IMG/VR virus record: IMGVR_UViG_3300005076_000001
Span: 23,361 to 87,360 of that record
Origin: a virus
Taxonomy: Duplodnaviria; Heunggongvirae; Uroviricota; Caudoviricetes
Direction: 5' to 3' (one strand)
Length of the DNA: 64,000 nt
A model generated the notes under the pieces. That model made no database searches. It saw only the letters and a list, made by a program, of their open reading frames with translations, and was not told the DNA's origin. Below, one piece after another: positions 46,593 through 55,912 of this stretch. The stretch's first letter is position 1, and each line of letters begins with the position of its first letter. The position numbers and the translations under genes are program-made.

Positions 46593-48347
46593 TTAAAATG
46601 AAACGTCCTGCTTACCCACCCAATCATCGAAGTCGTGCAATGAGTGGGTTTGTCCATCATAGAACAGTTTTCCACACTCACCTGTTGTACCTGCTCCGCG
46701 ATTCTTAGGCATGAAGAGGTTTGTAGTGTTGCGAATTATAGGGTCTTCGTTCATCTTGTCTCGACTTGCAATGATAATCCATGCAGCGGATTTAACAAGC
46801 GTACTACTACCCTGAACACCGCTCTCTGTGCCAACACCACCTTGACTACCATCCTTCTCACCCGTACCAACCTTACGTTGATGGGCAATCAGTATAAAGC
46901 TTACAGGATAGTTTGTCACCATACCCTTCATCCACATCATAAGCTGTGCTTGTTCGTCCACAGTGAGCATATCGAAGCTGTCAGAAATGGTGTCCCATAC
47001 GATGATTTGACAATCACATTGAATGATGAGCTGTTCAATGCGTTGCTTCATAATGTCGATGTGGCAGTCACGATCATCAATTACAAACCAACGATCTGCG
47101 CCGTCTGGTGTACGGAACAGTTCATTAGCCTTCTCAATTACCCACTCTTGTTCAAGAAGCTCAACCTTCTCTTCTTTAGTAAGAGCACCAAGTTTTACAC
47201 CGATATGGCGAGATAACACAAGCTCAGAATACTGGCCCAAGTTCTGTTCCATTGAAATGACGCCAACTTTCAGTTGACCGTTCATTAGCCAATGGTAACA
47301 GCACTCATTGACAATAGTTGATTTTGCTGCACCTGTAAATGCAGAAATCAGGCCAATCGTTCCCAGTGCTGGGCCACCTGCTGTCATGCTGTTAAACTTC
47401 TTCATGAAGGGCGGAAACTCAATACGTGGTGCATGTGCTTCTTTGATAACAGCATCAAGAAAACTACTACTACCTGCAATCCCTTGCGGTACATAAGGTT
47501 TTGCCTTCAAAAACGCATTCAGAAAATGGCGAGAACGATCTTGAATAAGCATCTCGTTAGCGTCTTTAAGGTCAATGTGCATAACGTACATCTTCCCTTT
47601 GGGCAGAACATCTACAAGCTTCTTGACAGCATCTTGACCAGCCTTATCGTTATCATAACAAACAATAATTTGCTCGAAACGATTTAGCCACTCGTAGTGG
47701 TGTTTCAATTGCTTAAAGCTGGCTGTCTCGCCCACAACAGCACTGACGATAGGTGTTGGCTCATACTCGCTGTCTGGCTTGTTAAGCATTGCATACGCAG
47801 ACATTGCATCAACTTCACCAGCGGTGATGAGAATCTTCTTGCTGTTGCTGTTACGGAATTTGTGCTGACCAAACAAATCACTCTCACTGCCCATGCTGCC
47901 AACTGTGTAGAATGTTTTTGGAAGCTGCCTTACTTTAAAGCCCGTCAGAACACCATCTTTGAAGATTGGATAGTATTGCTCAGTTGGCTCACCTGTGGTT
48001 GTGTCAATCTTATGGCGAACGTAAAACGGTGTGTACGCCCAATCAGGAATGCCACGTACTTTGTAGCCTTGTGGTGTGGTGTACCCTTTAATCTTCTCAA
48101 TCTCTTCTTTAGTTAGTGGTTCCTTGCTGCTCACCTCTTCCTCCATTTCATCAGTCCAGTCAAAAACACCAAGCCCACGTCTCTCTAATTCATCGTCGGA
48201 CAACACAGAGAAGCCGCAGCTGAAACAATGACCGCCAAGCCCCTCGCCATAGAAATAAAAGTTATCCCCAGAATGATCTTGGTTGTTCTCACGGCAGCGC
48301 GGGCATGGGTTTTTACCGATTTTAAAATCAACCGCGTAGTGGTTCAC
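46593..48347 (-). CDS. primase-helicase (T7 gp4-like)
   Basis: N-terminal Zn ribbon CPRC...CFSC; TOPRIM-like ITAGEVDAMSAY; Walker A AFTGAAKST; 584 aa. Confidence 0.8.
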   Translation of the reverse strand: MNHYAVDFKIGKNPCPRCRENNQDHSGDNFYFYGEGLGGHCFSCGFSVLSDDELERRGLGVFDWTDEMEEEVSSKEPLTKEEIEKIKGYTTPQGYKVRGIPDWAYTPFYVRHKIDTTTGEPTEQYYPIFKDGVLTGFKVRQLPKTFYTVGSMGSESDLFGQHKFRNSNSKKILITAGEVDAMSAYAMLNKPDSEYEPTPIVSAVVGETASFKQLKHHYEWLNRFEQIIVCYDNDKAGQDAVKKLVDVLPKGKMYVMHIDLKDANEMLIQDRSRHFLNAFLKAKPYVPQGIAGSSSFLDAVIKEAHAPRIEFPPFMKKFNSMTAGGPALGTIGLISAFTGAAKSTIVNECCYHWLMNGQLKVGVISMEQNLGQYSELVLSRHIGVKLGALTKEEKVELLEQEWVIEKANELFRTPDGADRWFVIDDRDCHIDIMKQRIEQLIIQCDCQIIVWDTISDSFDMLTVDEQAQLMMWMKGMVTNYPVSFILIAHQRKVGTGEKDGSQGGVGTESGVQGSSTLVKSAAWIIIASRDKMNEDPIIRNTTNLFMPKNRGAGTTGECGKLFYDGQTHSLHDFDDWVGKQDVSF

Positions 48348-48349
48348 TG

Positions 48350-48691
48350 CTATCGCTCCCCAAGACGAATCAACTCAACAAAATCTTTAGGAAGCTCAAT
48401 CTTTGCCGGTTCATAAACAGAATCCAATGCAACCATAATTGCTTCTTGACGCTTCACAATTTTAGCAACACGACGCAGCTTAACAATTTCAGCCAGAATG
48501 CGTTTATCCTCTTTCTGTTGTTTTGCAAGAGCAACAACGTCTGGATGGTTTGGCGGAAGGCCATCCCGAACGTGATTGTAGATAGTCCTACCAAACATGT
48601 CTTCATAGGCGTATGCCCGGTTTGTTAGCTTACTAAACTCTTTCAAACGCTTTGCAATACGCGATTGCAGAATGGAAATAACGTCTTTCAT
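48350..48691 (-). CDS. hypothetical protein
   Basis: 113 aa ORF upstream of primase-helicase. Confidence 0.3.
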   Translation of the reverse strand: MKDVISILQSRIAKRLKEFSKLTNRAYAYEDMFGRTIYNHVRDGLPPNHPDVVALAKQQKEDKRILAEIVKLRRVAKIVKRQEAIMVALDSVYEPAKIELPKDFVELIRLGER

Positions 48692-48909
48692 TTAATGTCC
48701 TCCAGCAGCTTGATAACAGCGTCTCGGTTGTCGAGTAGGAACTGTGCAATACTGCCGTGGTTGTCTATATCTTCCATAGTATCCAGAGCACTAAGACCCT
48801 GTTTCAAAGTGTTGTACTTCAGCATCATGTCATTGGCACGTTCAGACTTCAAAGTTGCGACAATGTTTTCTGCCTCTTCCAGTTGTTTTTGTTTCTCTTC
48901 ATTCCACAT
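48688..48909 (-). CDS. hypothetical protein
   Basis: 73 aa ORF. Confidence 0.3.
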   Translation of the reverse strand: MWNEEKQKQLEEAENIVATLKSERANDMMLKYNTLKQGLSALDTMEDIDNHGSIAQFLLDNRDAVIKLLEDIK

Positions 48910-48921
48910 TATTTCTTCTCC

Positions 48922-49158
48922 TTAAAGTTTACGAACACGCATTTGCACATTGAGAGGGGAAGCTGGTGCAATTTCAATGATGTGACAAGCACCACAGTTA
49001 GGGCACATTTCAACTTGCTCATTAATGTCTTTTGCAACCTCTGTTGGAACAGATTCGATAGAGAAGTTGCTACAATAACATTCTCCCGCCTTGCTCTGCC
49101 ATTCTAGCAGATTACCACACTCACTGCAACGATCTGTAACACTGTCGTACATACCCAT
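48922..49158 (-). CDS. Zn-ribbon protein
   Basis: CSECG...CPNCGAC. Confidence 0.3.
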   Translation of the reverse strand: MGMYDSVTDRCSECGNLLEWQSKAGECYCSNFSIESVPTEVAKDINEQVEMCPNCGACHIIEIAPASPLNVQMRVRKL

Positions 49159-49529
49159 TATTTCTTCTCCTGTTTGTCTTTAGTTTGTTCATCAAGCCAT
49201 TTCTCCACAACAGCTACACTCTTCGAAGCAAGACGCTGTGCTGTCTCGCTTTTAACAGCTTCCGTAATACCAACACCTGCTGCAATGAGCATAGCATCTT
49301 CTTTGGAAGGAATGAAAGGTTTTGTTGCAGATGTTAGGATGAACACTGTTGCAAAAACAGGCATCCACTTCTTAGCAAGAGCCTTCTCTTCAACCTCGAG
49401 GTCACTTGACACAATCCGCAAGAAACCTAGTGCCAAGAAAAGCGCACCAGCCAACCCTTGCACCCAAGACAATGTTTGAATCAGCGTGTCAAGCCGTGTA
49501 ATCCAATACAAAATCCACAACGATTCCAT
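49158..49529 (-). CDS. membrane protein (holin-like candidate)
   Basis: 123 aa with 3-4 hydrophobic segments and charged C-terminus; directly downstream of secreted cell-wall hydrolase. Confidence 0.35.
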   Translation of the reverse strand: MESLWILYWITRLDTLIQTLSWVQGLAGALFLALGFLRIVSSDLEVEEKALAKKWMPVFATVFILTSATKPFIPSKEDAMLIAAGVGITEAVKSETAQRLASKSVAVVEKWLDEQTKDKQEKK

Positions 49530-50048
49530 TTATTTCTCCATTCGTTTGTAAAACACATGTCCAGATTCAACATACATCCTTTTCATCTTACTTGCCCATG
49601 TTGGACGTACATTCTTGGCATGAAAGAACGTAATGTTGCTGTAATTGCTTTGTCTATTATGCATTGCTCTTCCAAGAATGTCAAGCACAATTTGTATGTT
49701 CTCCTCGTACATTGCATTCTTCGTAAAGCTATACCCTGCTTTGTAGAAGGAAAATTGTGCCTTCTCTCTTAGAATGTCACAAACATGTTTATTCTTCTCT
49801 ATTGCCCTGTTAAGAATGACAACAGCAATTTTCTCCCTGTCTTGTTTGCTCTCTAGCTGCCCTTCAGAGAACAAGGCAGAGGAGAGACAAGCCACACTCC
49901 CCCTCTGTGTCATTGCATGAACATAAGCGTTGTTTGCATTTGCATTAGAAGCAAAGAACATCAGCAAAGACAAAGCAACAATGTAATATAAAACAATACG
50001 AATTATTCTTCTCCTTTTCTTACCAAGTAGTTTGCATGTGTAATCCAA
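49530..50048 (-). CDS. cell-wall hydrolase, SleB/CwlJ (Hydrolase_2) family, with N-terminal signal/SAR-like segment
   Basis: GSVACLSSALFSEGQLESKQDREKIAVVILNRAIEKNKHVCDILREKAQFSF matches Hydrolase_2 core (AVA.VILNR...QFS); N-terminal KKRRRIIRIVLYYIVALSLLMFFASNANA. Confidence 0.6.
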   Translation of the reverse strand: MDYTCKLLGKKRRRIIRIVLYYIVALSLLMFFASNANANNAYVHAMTQRGSVACLSSALFSEGQLESKQDREKIAVVILNRAIEKNKHVCDILREKAQFSFYKAGYSFTKNAMYEENIQIVLDILGRAMHNRQSNYSNITFFHAKNVRPTWASKMKRMYVESGHVFYKRMEK

Positions 50049-50323
50049 CCTAGTTGTGTCTCATTTGAAGACAGTGAGCATGTTTTGGCTTTTGCCAATG
50101 CAGAACGATATTGACGTTCAACATGATCTGTATAGGAGACTAGATGACAGCCCTGTATTGTAACATTCCCTGCTGCTCGGTCATGAAGAGATTGATGTAA
50201 AGCCTCTACAGAATTATCATTTGTCGGACAAACAACCTGTGCATCATAAATAGCCACGCTTTGCAATACAGCATCACTTGCAATAAAGACAGTGCCACCA
50301 CGGATAGTTACCTTACCTGACAT
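50003..50323 (-). CDS. hypothetical protein
   Basis: 106 aa ORF overlapping hydrolase start. Confidence 0.3.
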   Translation of the reverse strand: MSGKVTIRGGTVFIASDAVLQSVAIYDAQVVCPTNDNSVEALHQSLHDRAAGNVTIQGCHLVSYTDHVERQYRSALAKAKTCSLSSNETQLGWITHANYLVRKGEE

Positions 50324-50647
50324 TATTCTTCTCCTTTATACATCTGTTGTACATACATTTCATTCTCAACATTCTCTTCCTCTTGCTCTGCCTCTAAAAC
50401 AATTGTTTCAAATGCGTCATAAGCTAGAAGGCTGTTAATGCTCCCTTGTTTGTGTTTTGGAAGGAACATATGTTCATTCATTATTCTAAACTCTCCAAAT
50501 TACCGTTTTTCATGTTGTAAACAAGCGTGTCTACGTAGTCTCTATCAAAGCCGGGCATTGCAGGAAGCTGTACATCCGCTGGAATAGCGTCGATATACTC
50601 CAAAGCCCATTGCAGAGCTTCCAAGAGATTAGCTGTATTTTCGTCCA

Positions 50648-50878
50648 TCAGTCGAAGTCCTCCACAAAAGCATTCTCAAGCAAATACTCTTTCACAATGT
50701 CATAATACATTTGTTCCAGAGAACGCTTGTCTGGCAAACAAACATCAGAAGGAGCAGGGCAAATGTTTGTCCCCTGAAACACAGCGTCAGCTGTATATAT
50801 TTCAATATCTCCTTCGTAGAATTCATAGCAAATGATGATAGCGGTGCGTTCATCGTACAGCCGGTGCATGTTAGACAT
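50648..50878 (-). CDS. hypothetical protein
   Basis: 76 aa ORF. Confidence 0.3.
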   Translation of the reverse strand: MSNMHRLYDERTAIIICYEFYEGDIEIYTADAVFQGTNICPAPSDVCLPDKRSLEQMYYDIVKEYLLENAFVEDFD

Positions 50879-51077
50879 GTTGCTTTTCCTTCACAAGAGT
50901 TGTTTGTGTGCTAAAGCTGTTCTGCACATGAAGGACAGAATAACGTGTTTTGTGTTTCAATGCAAGAGCTTTTGCTTCTTTCTCTGCTGATTCTTTGTTG
51001 GAATGCAACACACCATTATGTGTCAACATACGGAATGCCCCACCATCTACAATTTCTAGCTTTGCTACAATGTACAT
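50871..51077 (-). CDS. hypothetical protein
   Basis: 68 aa ORF. Confidence 0.3.
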   Translation of the reverse strand: MYIVAKLEIVDGGAFRMLTHNGVLHSNKESAEKEAKALALKHKTRYSVLHVQNSFSTQTTLVKEKQHV

Positions 51078-51511
51078 TATTTGTTCTCCTTAGATTTCTT
51101 AGCACGTTCTTCTTCACGTTTCTTCTTGAAAGCCAATGTTGCTTCAACATCAATACCACCGTGAGCGTCAAGAACAGCTCGCACAACATCTACAGGTACA
51201 TAGCCATACACTGTATCTGTTGGTTGTTCAGGTTGTTCTGCATATTCCATCCATTCATCTGCCTTGAACGAAGGGAAGCCAATCTCGTACTTGAAATACG
51301 GCGTGTCGTAACGAGAAAGCTCATCCAAGAACATGTTCTCACGAGGGGAGCAATACGCATACTCGTTAGCCTGAACACTTACGCTCTCACCATCAACAAG
51401 AATAATGCGTGTACGTCGGCAAGGAATGTTCTCATCCACTTGCATTGTGCTGTAGTTGAAAGCAAAATCTGCTACAAAACGTGCATCTCTGAAGAATTCG
51501 TTAATATCCAT
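51077..51511 (-). CDS. hypothetical protein
   Basis: 144 aa ORF. Confidence 0.35.
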   Translation of the reverse strand: MDINEFFRDARFVADFAFNYSTMQVDENIPCRRTRIILVDGESVSVQANEYAYCSPRENMFLDELSRYDTPYFKYEIGFPSFKADEWMEYAEQPEQPTDTVYGYVPVDVVRAVLDAHGGIDVEATLAFKKKREEERAKKSKENK

Positions 51512-51527
51512 TTGTATATCCTTTCGT

Positions 51528-51728
51528 TCAGTTACGGTCTACAGAAATTTCAAGCAATGTGATGATGTGCTCAAAAGAATCAATAGAGCCTTCAAAATAC
51601 ATGCGTTCTTCTTCGCAGTCTGCCTCTTTGAGGTCTCGCTGAAGGTTTTGCAGTTCATCTTTCAGGTTGCTAATCAGTTGTTGAATTTCTGCTTTCATGT
51701 TTGTTCTCCTAAGAAATAATGTAAACAA
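51528..51728 (-). CDS. hypothetical protein
   Basis: 66 aa ORF. Confidence 0.3.
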   Translation of the reverse strand: MFTLFLRRTNMKAEIQQLISNLKDELQNLQRDLKEADCEEERMYFEGSIDSFEHIITLLEISVDRN

Positions 51729-51841
51729 TTTTGTTGCTGAACATTGGTTTGTACAGCTTCATTGTACGTGGGCTAGAAGCCTTTGTAAAGCGTTTGTTTG
51801 TTACAGGGCGTATGTCCATGTATGCTTTTGTATATGTCATT

Positions 51842-52234
51842 TTACATACCATCAGGACGTGGCGTATAACTAGTTTTCCAGTCTACACCATTTGTATCGA
51901 TGTTAAAAGCTGTGGCGTACACCCATTCACCAGCATAACAACCATTGTGCAAGTCCAAAACTGGTGTTTTCTTGTAGAAATATACGTCGCCATACTTATC
52001 CATCGCAGCTCCAACAATGCTCTTACCCACCCACTCCCACGGAATGATGAGCTGTTTTTGCTTTGTGCGGTAAACAGCAGAAAAGTGAACAGCCAAAGTG
52101 TCAGCTTCTTCCCACACTTCGTAGTGACTGTGGTAGCTCTCAACATTTCCTTTTTGTTTTGCTTCAATAATCACCAGTTGCTCTTCCTTTGCCATGTCAC
52201 GGAATGCCAGCTTTTGTTCGTTCAATACAGTCAT
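51842..52234 (-). CDS. hypothetical protein
   Basis: 130 aa ORF. Confidence 0.35.
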   Translation of the reverse strand: MTVLNEQKLAFRDMAKEEQLVIIEAKQKGNVESYHSHYEVWEEADTLAVHFSAVYRTKQKQLIIPWEWVGKSIVGAAMDKYGDVYFYKKTPVLDLHNGCYAGEWVYATAFNIDTNGVDWKTSYTPRPDGM

Positions 52235-52247
52235 TTGTTATCTCCTT

Positions 52248-52450
52248 TTATGCACAATAACGTGGGAAATCGCTATTTTTCGTAGACAACACCACCTTAG
52301 CCATCTCTGCCAACTTCTTACTCTTGCTTTGGGCTACAAGACGAATGAAATCTTCGTAGAGCTGGTCTTCCATTCCGTGTGCAGCTTCGTAGTCGCCAGC
52401 ACATTCGTTAATGTCGTTTACACGTTTTTGAATTTGTTCCAATGTCATTT
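52248..52450 (-). CDS. hypothetical protein (likely start MTLEQIQ...)
   Basis: track ORF 52248..52625; upstream part is low-complexity. Confidence 0.3.
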
Positions 52451-52634
52451 CTATTTTTCCTTGTTTAGTGTTCTGTTGTCTATTTCTTGGCACACACGTT
52501 CGATACAATTCTGTCGGTTTGTGTGACAGTACCAACTTGTTTTGCAACTGCATTTGCCGCAGCAAAGCACGCCTCTTTCGTCTCAAAAGTAGTAGTAAAA
52601 GAAGTTGCACCACTGTATGTAGCAATCACTGTAA

Positions 52635-52820
52635 TCAAAATCCACATTTCTTTTCTCCTTTAGGTTTTAACTGTATGCCGCCCTCGACACAACGTATGTC
52701 AAATATAGCATTGATGTTCTTGCTTGTCAACTCTTTTACGTATTCTTCTGCCTCTTCCTTTGTATCTCTGTAGCCACACAACATTGTCTTAGGCAGACGT
52801 TGGCAGATGATGTATTTCAT
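52635..52820 (-). CDS. first gene of leftward early operon, hypothetical
   Basis: 61 aa, RBS ACAGGAGAACACCC; directly downstream of promoter/operator. Confidence 0.35.
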   Translation of the reverse strand: MKYIICQRLPKTMLCGYRDTKEEAEEYVKELTSKNINAIFDIRCVEGGIQLKPKGEKKCGF

Positions 52821-52840
52821 TGGGTGTTCTCCTGTTGTTT

Positions 52841-52895
52841 GTTAACATGTCCACGTACTCGTACACATGTTAACTTGCTTGTGAGGGTGTGTCAA
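52841..52895 (-). promoter_or_regulatory. leftward early promoter TTGACA-N17-TAACAT overlapped by perfect 10-bp inverted repeat operator
   Basis: minus-strand TTGACA (plus 52890-52895), TAACAT (plus 52867-52872); IR GTTAACATGT(52841-52850)-N14-ACATGTTAAC(52865-52874) covers -10 to +20. Confidence 0.5.
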
Positions 52896-53233
52896 GCAAA
52901 TTCTTCATGTGCAGATTGTCTCTAAGTTTGTGACAGATTTCTGCTACGCCCTCTTGACAAAACAGCATTCTTGTGAGACACTATGCTTAGTTGGACGTTT
53001 GGCCTACGTACAGGCACTGCCAAATTTTAGGGGGAAGGAAGCACAGACATGTGTTTGCTTCGGCAGTAGGTGTTGTCAGGAACCTCAGAGAATACGCTCA
53101 AGGAACAGGACACACGCTCTCTTTTCTTCATGGAATCTATAAAAATTCTATGGGGGATTAGGGGGTAGTGTGTCTGAATTTCCTAGAGAATATATCTATA
53201 ACATACTAACATACTAAGATACAGGAGATAGAA

Positions 53234-53920
53234 GTGATAAGTTGTAACGTATACATACTAACAGACAAGACAAACAAAGCAGTAAAGATAGGGATAACAA
53301 AGAAACATCCAGATGTACGTATCTCTACTATCAACAAAGAAGCAACGAAGTACAAGTTTGTTCTTCATAAGTTTGAAACAATGTCCACACCAAAGGCAAG
53401 GTGGGTAGAGAACAAGTTGCTTGATGCATTAGAGAAGATGGGTGGCGCTTGGGTTGAAGATGATGATTTTGGTGGTGTAACGGAAGTTGCTACACTTGAT
53501 GTAACCAATGTTGTGTTTGATGCTTGTGTCTCGTATCTAGACAATCTTCTCCTCACTCTGGCAGAACAAGAGTTCAAAGAACGAAGTTACACAGAACTAG
53601 AAAATGACAGCAGTGTTCTCAAAATTCCTCTGAATCTTCTTGGTGCAAAATACCTGCACAACCTTTTCACAGATGCTAAAATTCAACTAGACCTTACACA
53701 CAAGGTTTTGCTGTGCTTGCTAAAGGACGATGGTAACGTAGACCAATCCACACTTGCAGATGTTTGTGGGGTTAGCAGACACTCTGTTTTGCGTGCAATT
53801 TCTATGCTGTCCTCTTGTGGCATTGTCGAGGTTGTTAAGGTGCGAGCAAGCAATGGAGCCGTGTACAACAACTATGTGGTGCATGAAATTGATGGTGTAG
53901 CATTTGTAGCATACAAATAA
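53234..53920 (+). CDS. T5orf172 (GIY-YIG-like) domain + winged-helix DNA-binding protein
   Basis: GTG start with CAGGAGATAGAA RBS; N-terminal VYILTDKTNKAVKIGITKK; C-terminal wHTH LLKDDGNVDQSTLADVCGVSRHSVLRAISML. Confidence 0.45.
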   Translation: MISCNVYILTDKTNKAVKIGITKKHPDVRISTINKEATKYKFVLHKFETMSTPKARWVENKLLDALEKMGGAWVEDDDFGGVTEVATLDVTNVVFDACVSYLDNLLLTLAEQEFKERSYTELENDSSVLKIPLNLLGAKYLHNLFTDAKIQLDLTHKVLLCLLKDDGNVDQSTLADVCGVSRHSVLRAISMLSSCGIVEVVKVRASNGAVYNNYVVHEIDGVAFVAYK

Positions 53921-53933
53921 ATCCATTCTAGCC

Positions 53934-53962
53934 TTGACATGCCCTCTTCGGAGGGCTATTAT
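53934..53962 (+). promoter_or_regulatory. promoter TTGACA-N17-TATTAT with GCCCTC-TTCG-GAGGGC hairpin in spacer
   Basis: -35 53934-53939; -10 53957-53962; hairpin 53941-53956 may also terminate upstream gene. Confidence 0.35.
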
Positions 53963-53998
53963 CCGTATATAGACACTGACAACGTAAGGAGAAACCAA

Positions 53999-54637
53999 AT
54001 GAAATCTATCAACTTAGCCAACCTGAAAGAACAACGCTTTAACAAGCTGCAAGAAAGCCTCTGGCTCGATTACGAATCCTTAACCAAAGCAGGTGCAATT
54101 ATTGCTGGCGGCAGCTTGCGCACACTGATTGACAAAGAAGATGAAGTGTGCGACATTGATCTTTTCTTCAAAGATGAGGAAAGTATTGCTAACACTAAGA
54201 AATTGCTTGAAGACAACGAATACGTTTGTGTGTTCCAATGTCCTCTTGGCTACCTTTCCACTTATTACAAGTTCAGTGAGAAGATTGTTGGTGAACGCTT
54301 TGACGGAAGCCCTGAATACGAAGTGGTGAGTAAGGTGCAACTGATTACACGAGACTTGTATATTGATCTGGAACATGTTGTTTCGTCTTTTGATCTGATG
54401 CCATGTTGTGTTGCAATGGATGATGAACGTATTGTGTTTGCTGATAAATGGGTGAAGAGTGTCAAGAAGAAAATGCTCTACTTGAACAACCTTACCTACC
54501 CTGTTGCTACATTGAATCGAATTGACAAATACAAGCGCAAAGGCTACTATGCCAGTGAAGCATTTTATGTAAACATTATCACAACAATTCAGAGCAGCAG
54601 CTTTGACGGTGACAGAATGTCCTTGTACATCGACTGA
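53999..54637 (+). CDS. nucleotidyltransferase-fold protein (pol beta superfamily, minimal NTase)
   Basis: AGGSLRTLIDKEDEVCDIDLFF matches hG[GS]-x9-13-DhD NTase signature; ATG 53999 with AAGGAGAAACC RBS. Confidence 0.5.
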   Translation: MKSINLANLKEQRFNKLQESLWLDYESLTKAGAIIAGGSLRTLIDKEDEVCDIDLFFKDEESIANTKKLLEDNEYVCVFQCPLGYLSTYYKFSEKIVGERFDGSPEYEVVSKVQLITRDLYIDLEHVVSSFDLMPCCVAMDDERIVFADKWVKSVKKKMLYLNNLTYPVATLNRIDKYKRKGYYASEAFYVNIITTIQSSSFDGDRMSLYID

Positions 54638-54648
54638 GGAGAAATCAA

Positions 54649-54855
54649 ATGAATCATCCACCAATCACAAAAGACTATTTCCACATTGGCTTTGCAGAGA
54701 GTGATGTTGTTCTTGTCACGTTAGCTGATGGACAAAAGACAAAGGCACAATGGGTAGTGAATTACGAAATGGGGACAGGTGTTGTTAGTTGCGGTTGGAT
54801 GCATGAGTGTGGGCTACCGCTTAACAATGTTGTTTCTTGGGAGGAAAGTAAATGA
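54649..54855 (+). CDS. hypothetical protein
   Basis: 68 aa ORF. Confidence 0.3.
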   Translation: MNHPPITKDYFHIGFAESDVVLVTLADGQKTKAQWVVNYEMGTGVVSCGWMHECGLPLNNVVSWEESK

Positions 54856-55235
54856 ACACATTTGTCATAAACAAGAACAACATTGATGAAATATTTGGCA
54901 TGTGCTGTCTGTTCATCTCTCACCACGAAAAGAAGCTTGAACGTCTGAAGCATCAAAGCAACAGCCTGTCTAACATCAGCTTACGTTTCTGGCGTGTTCG
55001 TCTGGATTGTTGGAGCGGTAAGACACGAAACATTGCAACAGTAATGGAGAATGAGTTGTGTCAGTGGATGAAAGATAATGACAAGCTTTACAACCACCTC
55101 ATTGATGCTTTTCGCCTTGCAGAGAATGTTGTGTCTCTGTATTGCAAAGGGTATGAAGAATTTGAAGAAATACACGTAAACAGTGTTGACATGGAAATGG
55201 TGGTGTCGTATGCTTACAAACATGGAAATGAATGA
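54852..55235 (+). CDS. hypothetical protein
   Basis: 127 aa ORF. Confidence 0.3.
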   Translation: MNTFVINKNNIDEIFGMCCLFISHHEKKLERLKHQSNSLSNISLRFWRVRLDCWSGKTRNIATVMENELCQWMKDNDKLYNHLIDAFRLAENVVSLYCKGYEEFEEIHVNSVDMEMVVSYAYKHGNE

Positions 55236-55247
55236 AGGAGAAACAAA

Positions 55248-55466
55248 ATGCTAATTGACGAAACAAACTGGAAACAAGAGCTTGCAAAGCTGAAAGCAAA
55301 ACGTATTCTGATTGTAGAAGAAAAGAAGACACTACTCAGTACACCAGAGAAACAATGGGAACATGGTGTAAATCAAGTATATTGGCGTCAACTTCAGATA
55401 GAAGAACTTGACATTTCTATTGAAACAATAGAGAATGTGTTTGTACATAAACGCTGTTATATTTAG
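55248..55466 (+). CDS. hypothetical protein
   Basis: 72 aa ORF with GGAGAAAC RBS. Confidence 0.3.
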   Translation: MLIDETNWKQELAKLKAKRILIVEEKKTLLSTPEKQWEHGVNQVYWRQLQIEELDISIETIENVFVHKRCYI

Positions 55467-55477
55467 GAGAGAATAAA

Positions 55478-55912
55478 ATGAATGCAAGAGATATTGCTTG
55501 GGAATACCACAATGGTCAGATGTATGGAAACGCAAGCTACATACTGGGTCATGTTTGCGACGTTGTTGATAGGGTTGCTGGGGTAGGAAACCACCTACAT
55601 GTAGCCATTGCCTACCTTCACGACACTATCGAAGATACCTCACTGACGTTGGAAAAGCTACGCAATCTCCTGAAAGAGGACGAAAGCGATAGTGAGTATG
55701 TAGATGCAGTGGTGGATGCCGTTGACGCCTTGACAAAACGTGAAGGGGAAGATTATACTGCGTATATGTCCCGTGTAATGGAAAACAAACATGCGGCTTT
55801 TGTAAAATATTACGACAGTGAATCCAACATGTATGCTTGCATTCATGACGGCGATAATAGACGAGCACAGAAATATCTGAAGAACATGTGTATGTTGAGA
55901 GATTTTGTTTAA
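55478..55912 (+). CDS. HD-domain small alarmone hydrolase (RelA/SpoT-hydrolase / Mesh1-like)
   Basis: EYHNGQ...ILGHVCDV...VAIAYLHDTIEDT...AVDALTK matches (p)ppGpp hydrolase HD motif (H..GQ...H...ALLHDvvEDT). Confidence 0.65.
   Translation: MNARDIAWEYHNGQMYGNASYILGHVCDVVDRVAGVGNHLHVAIAYLHDTIEDTSLTLEKLRNLLKEDESDSEYVDAVVDAVDALTKREGEDYTAYMSRVMENKHAAFVKYYDSESNMYACIHDGDNRRAQKYLKNMCMLRDFV

Noticed and set aside
53161-53233. Rightward promoter for 53234 gene (candidates TATAAC 53197-53202; tandem CATACTAA x2)
   Set aside because: No convincing -35/-10 pair with proper spacing could be identified; left unannotated.
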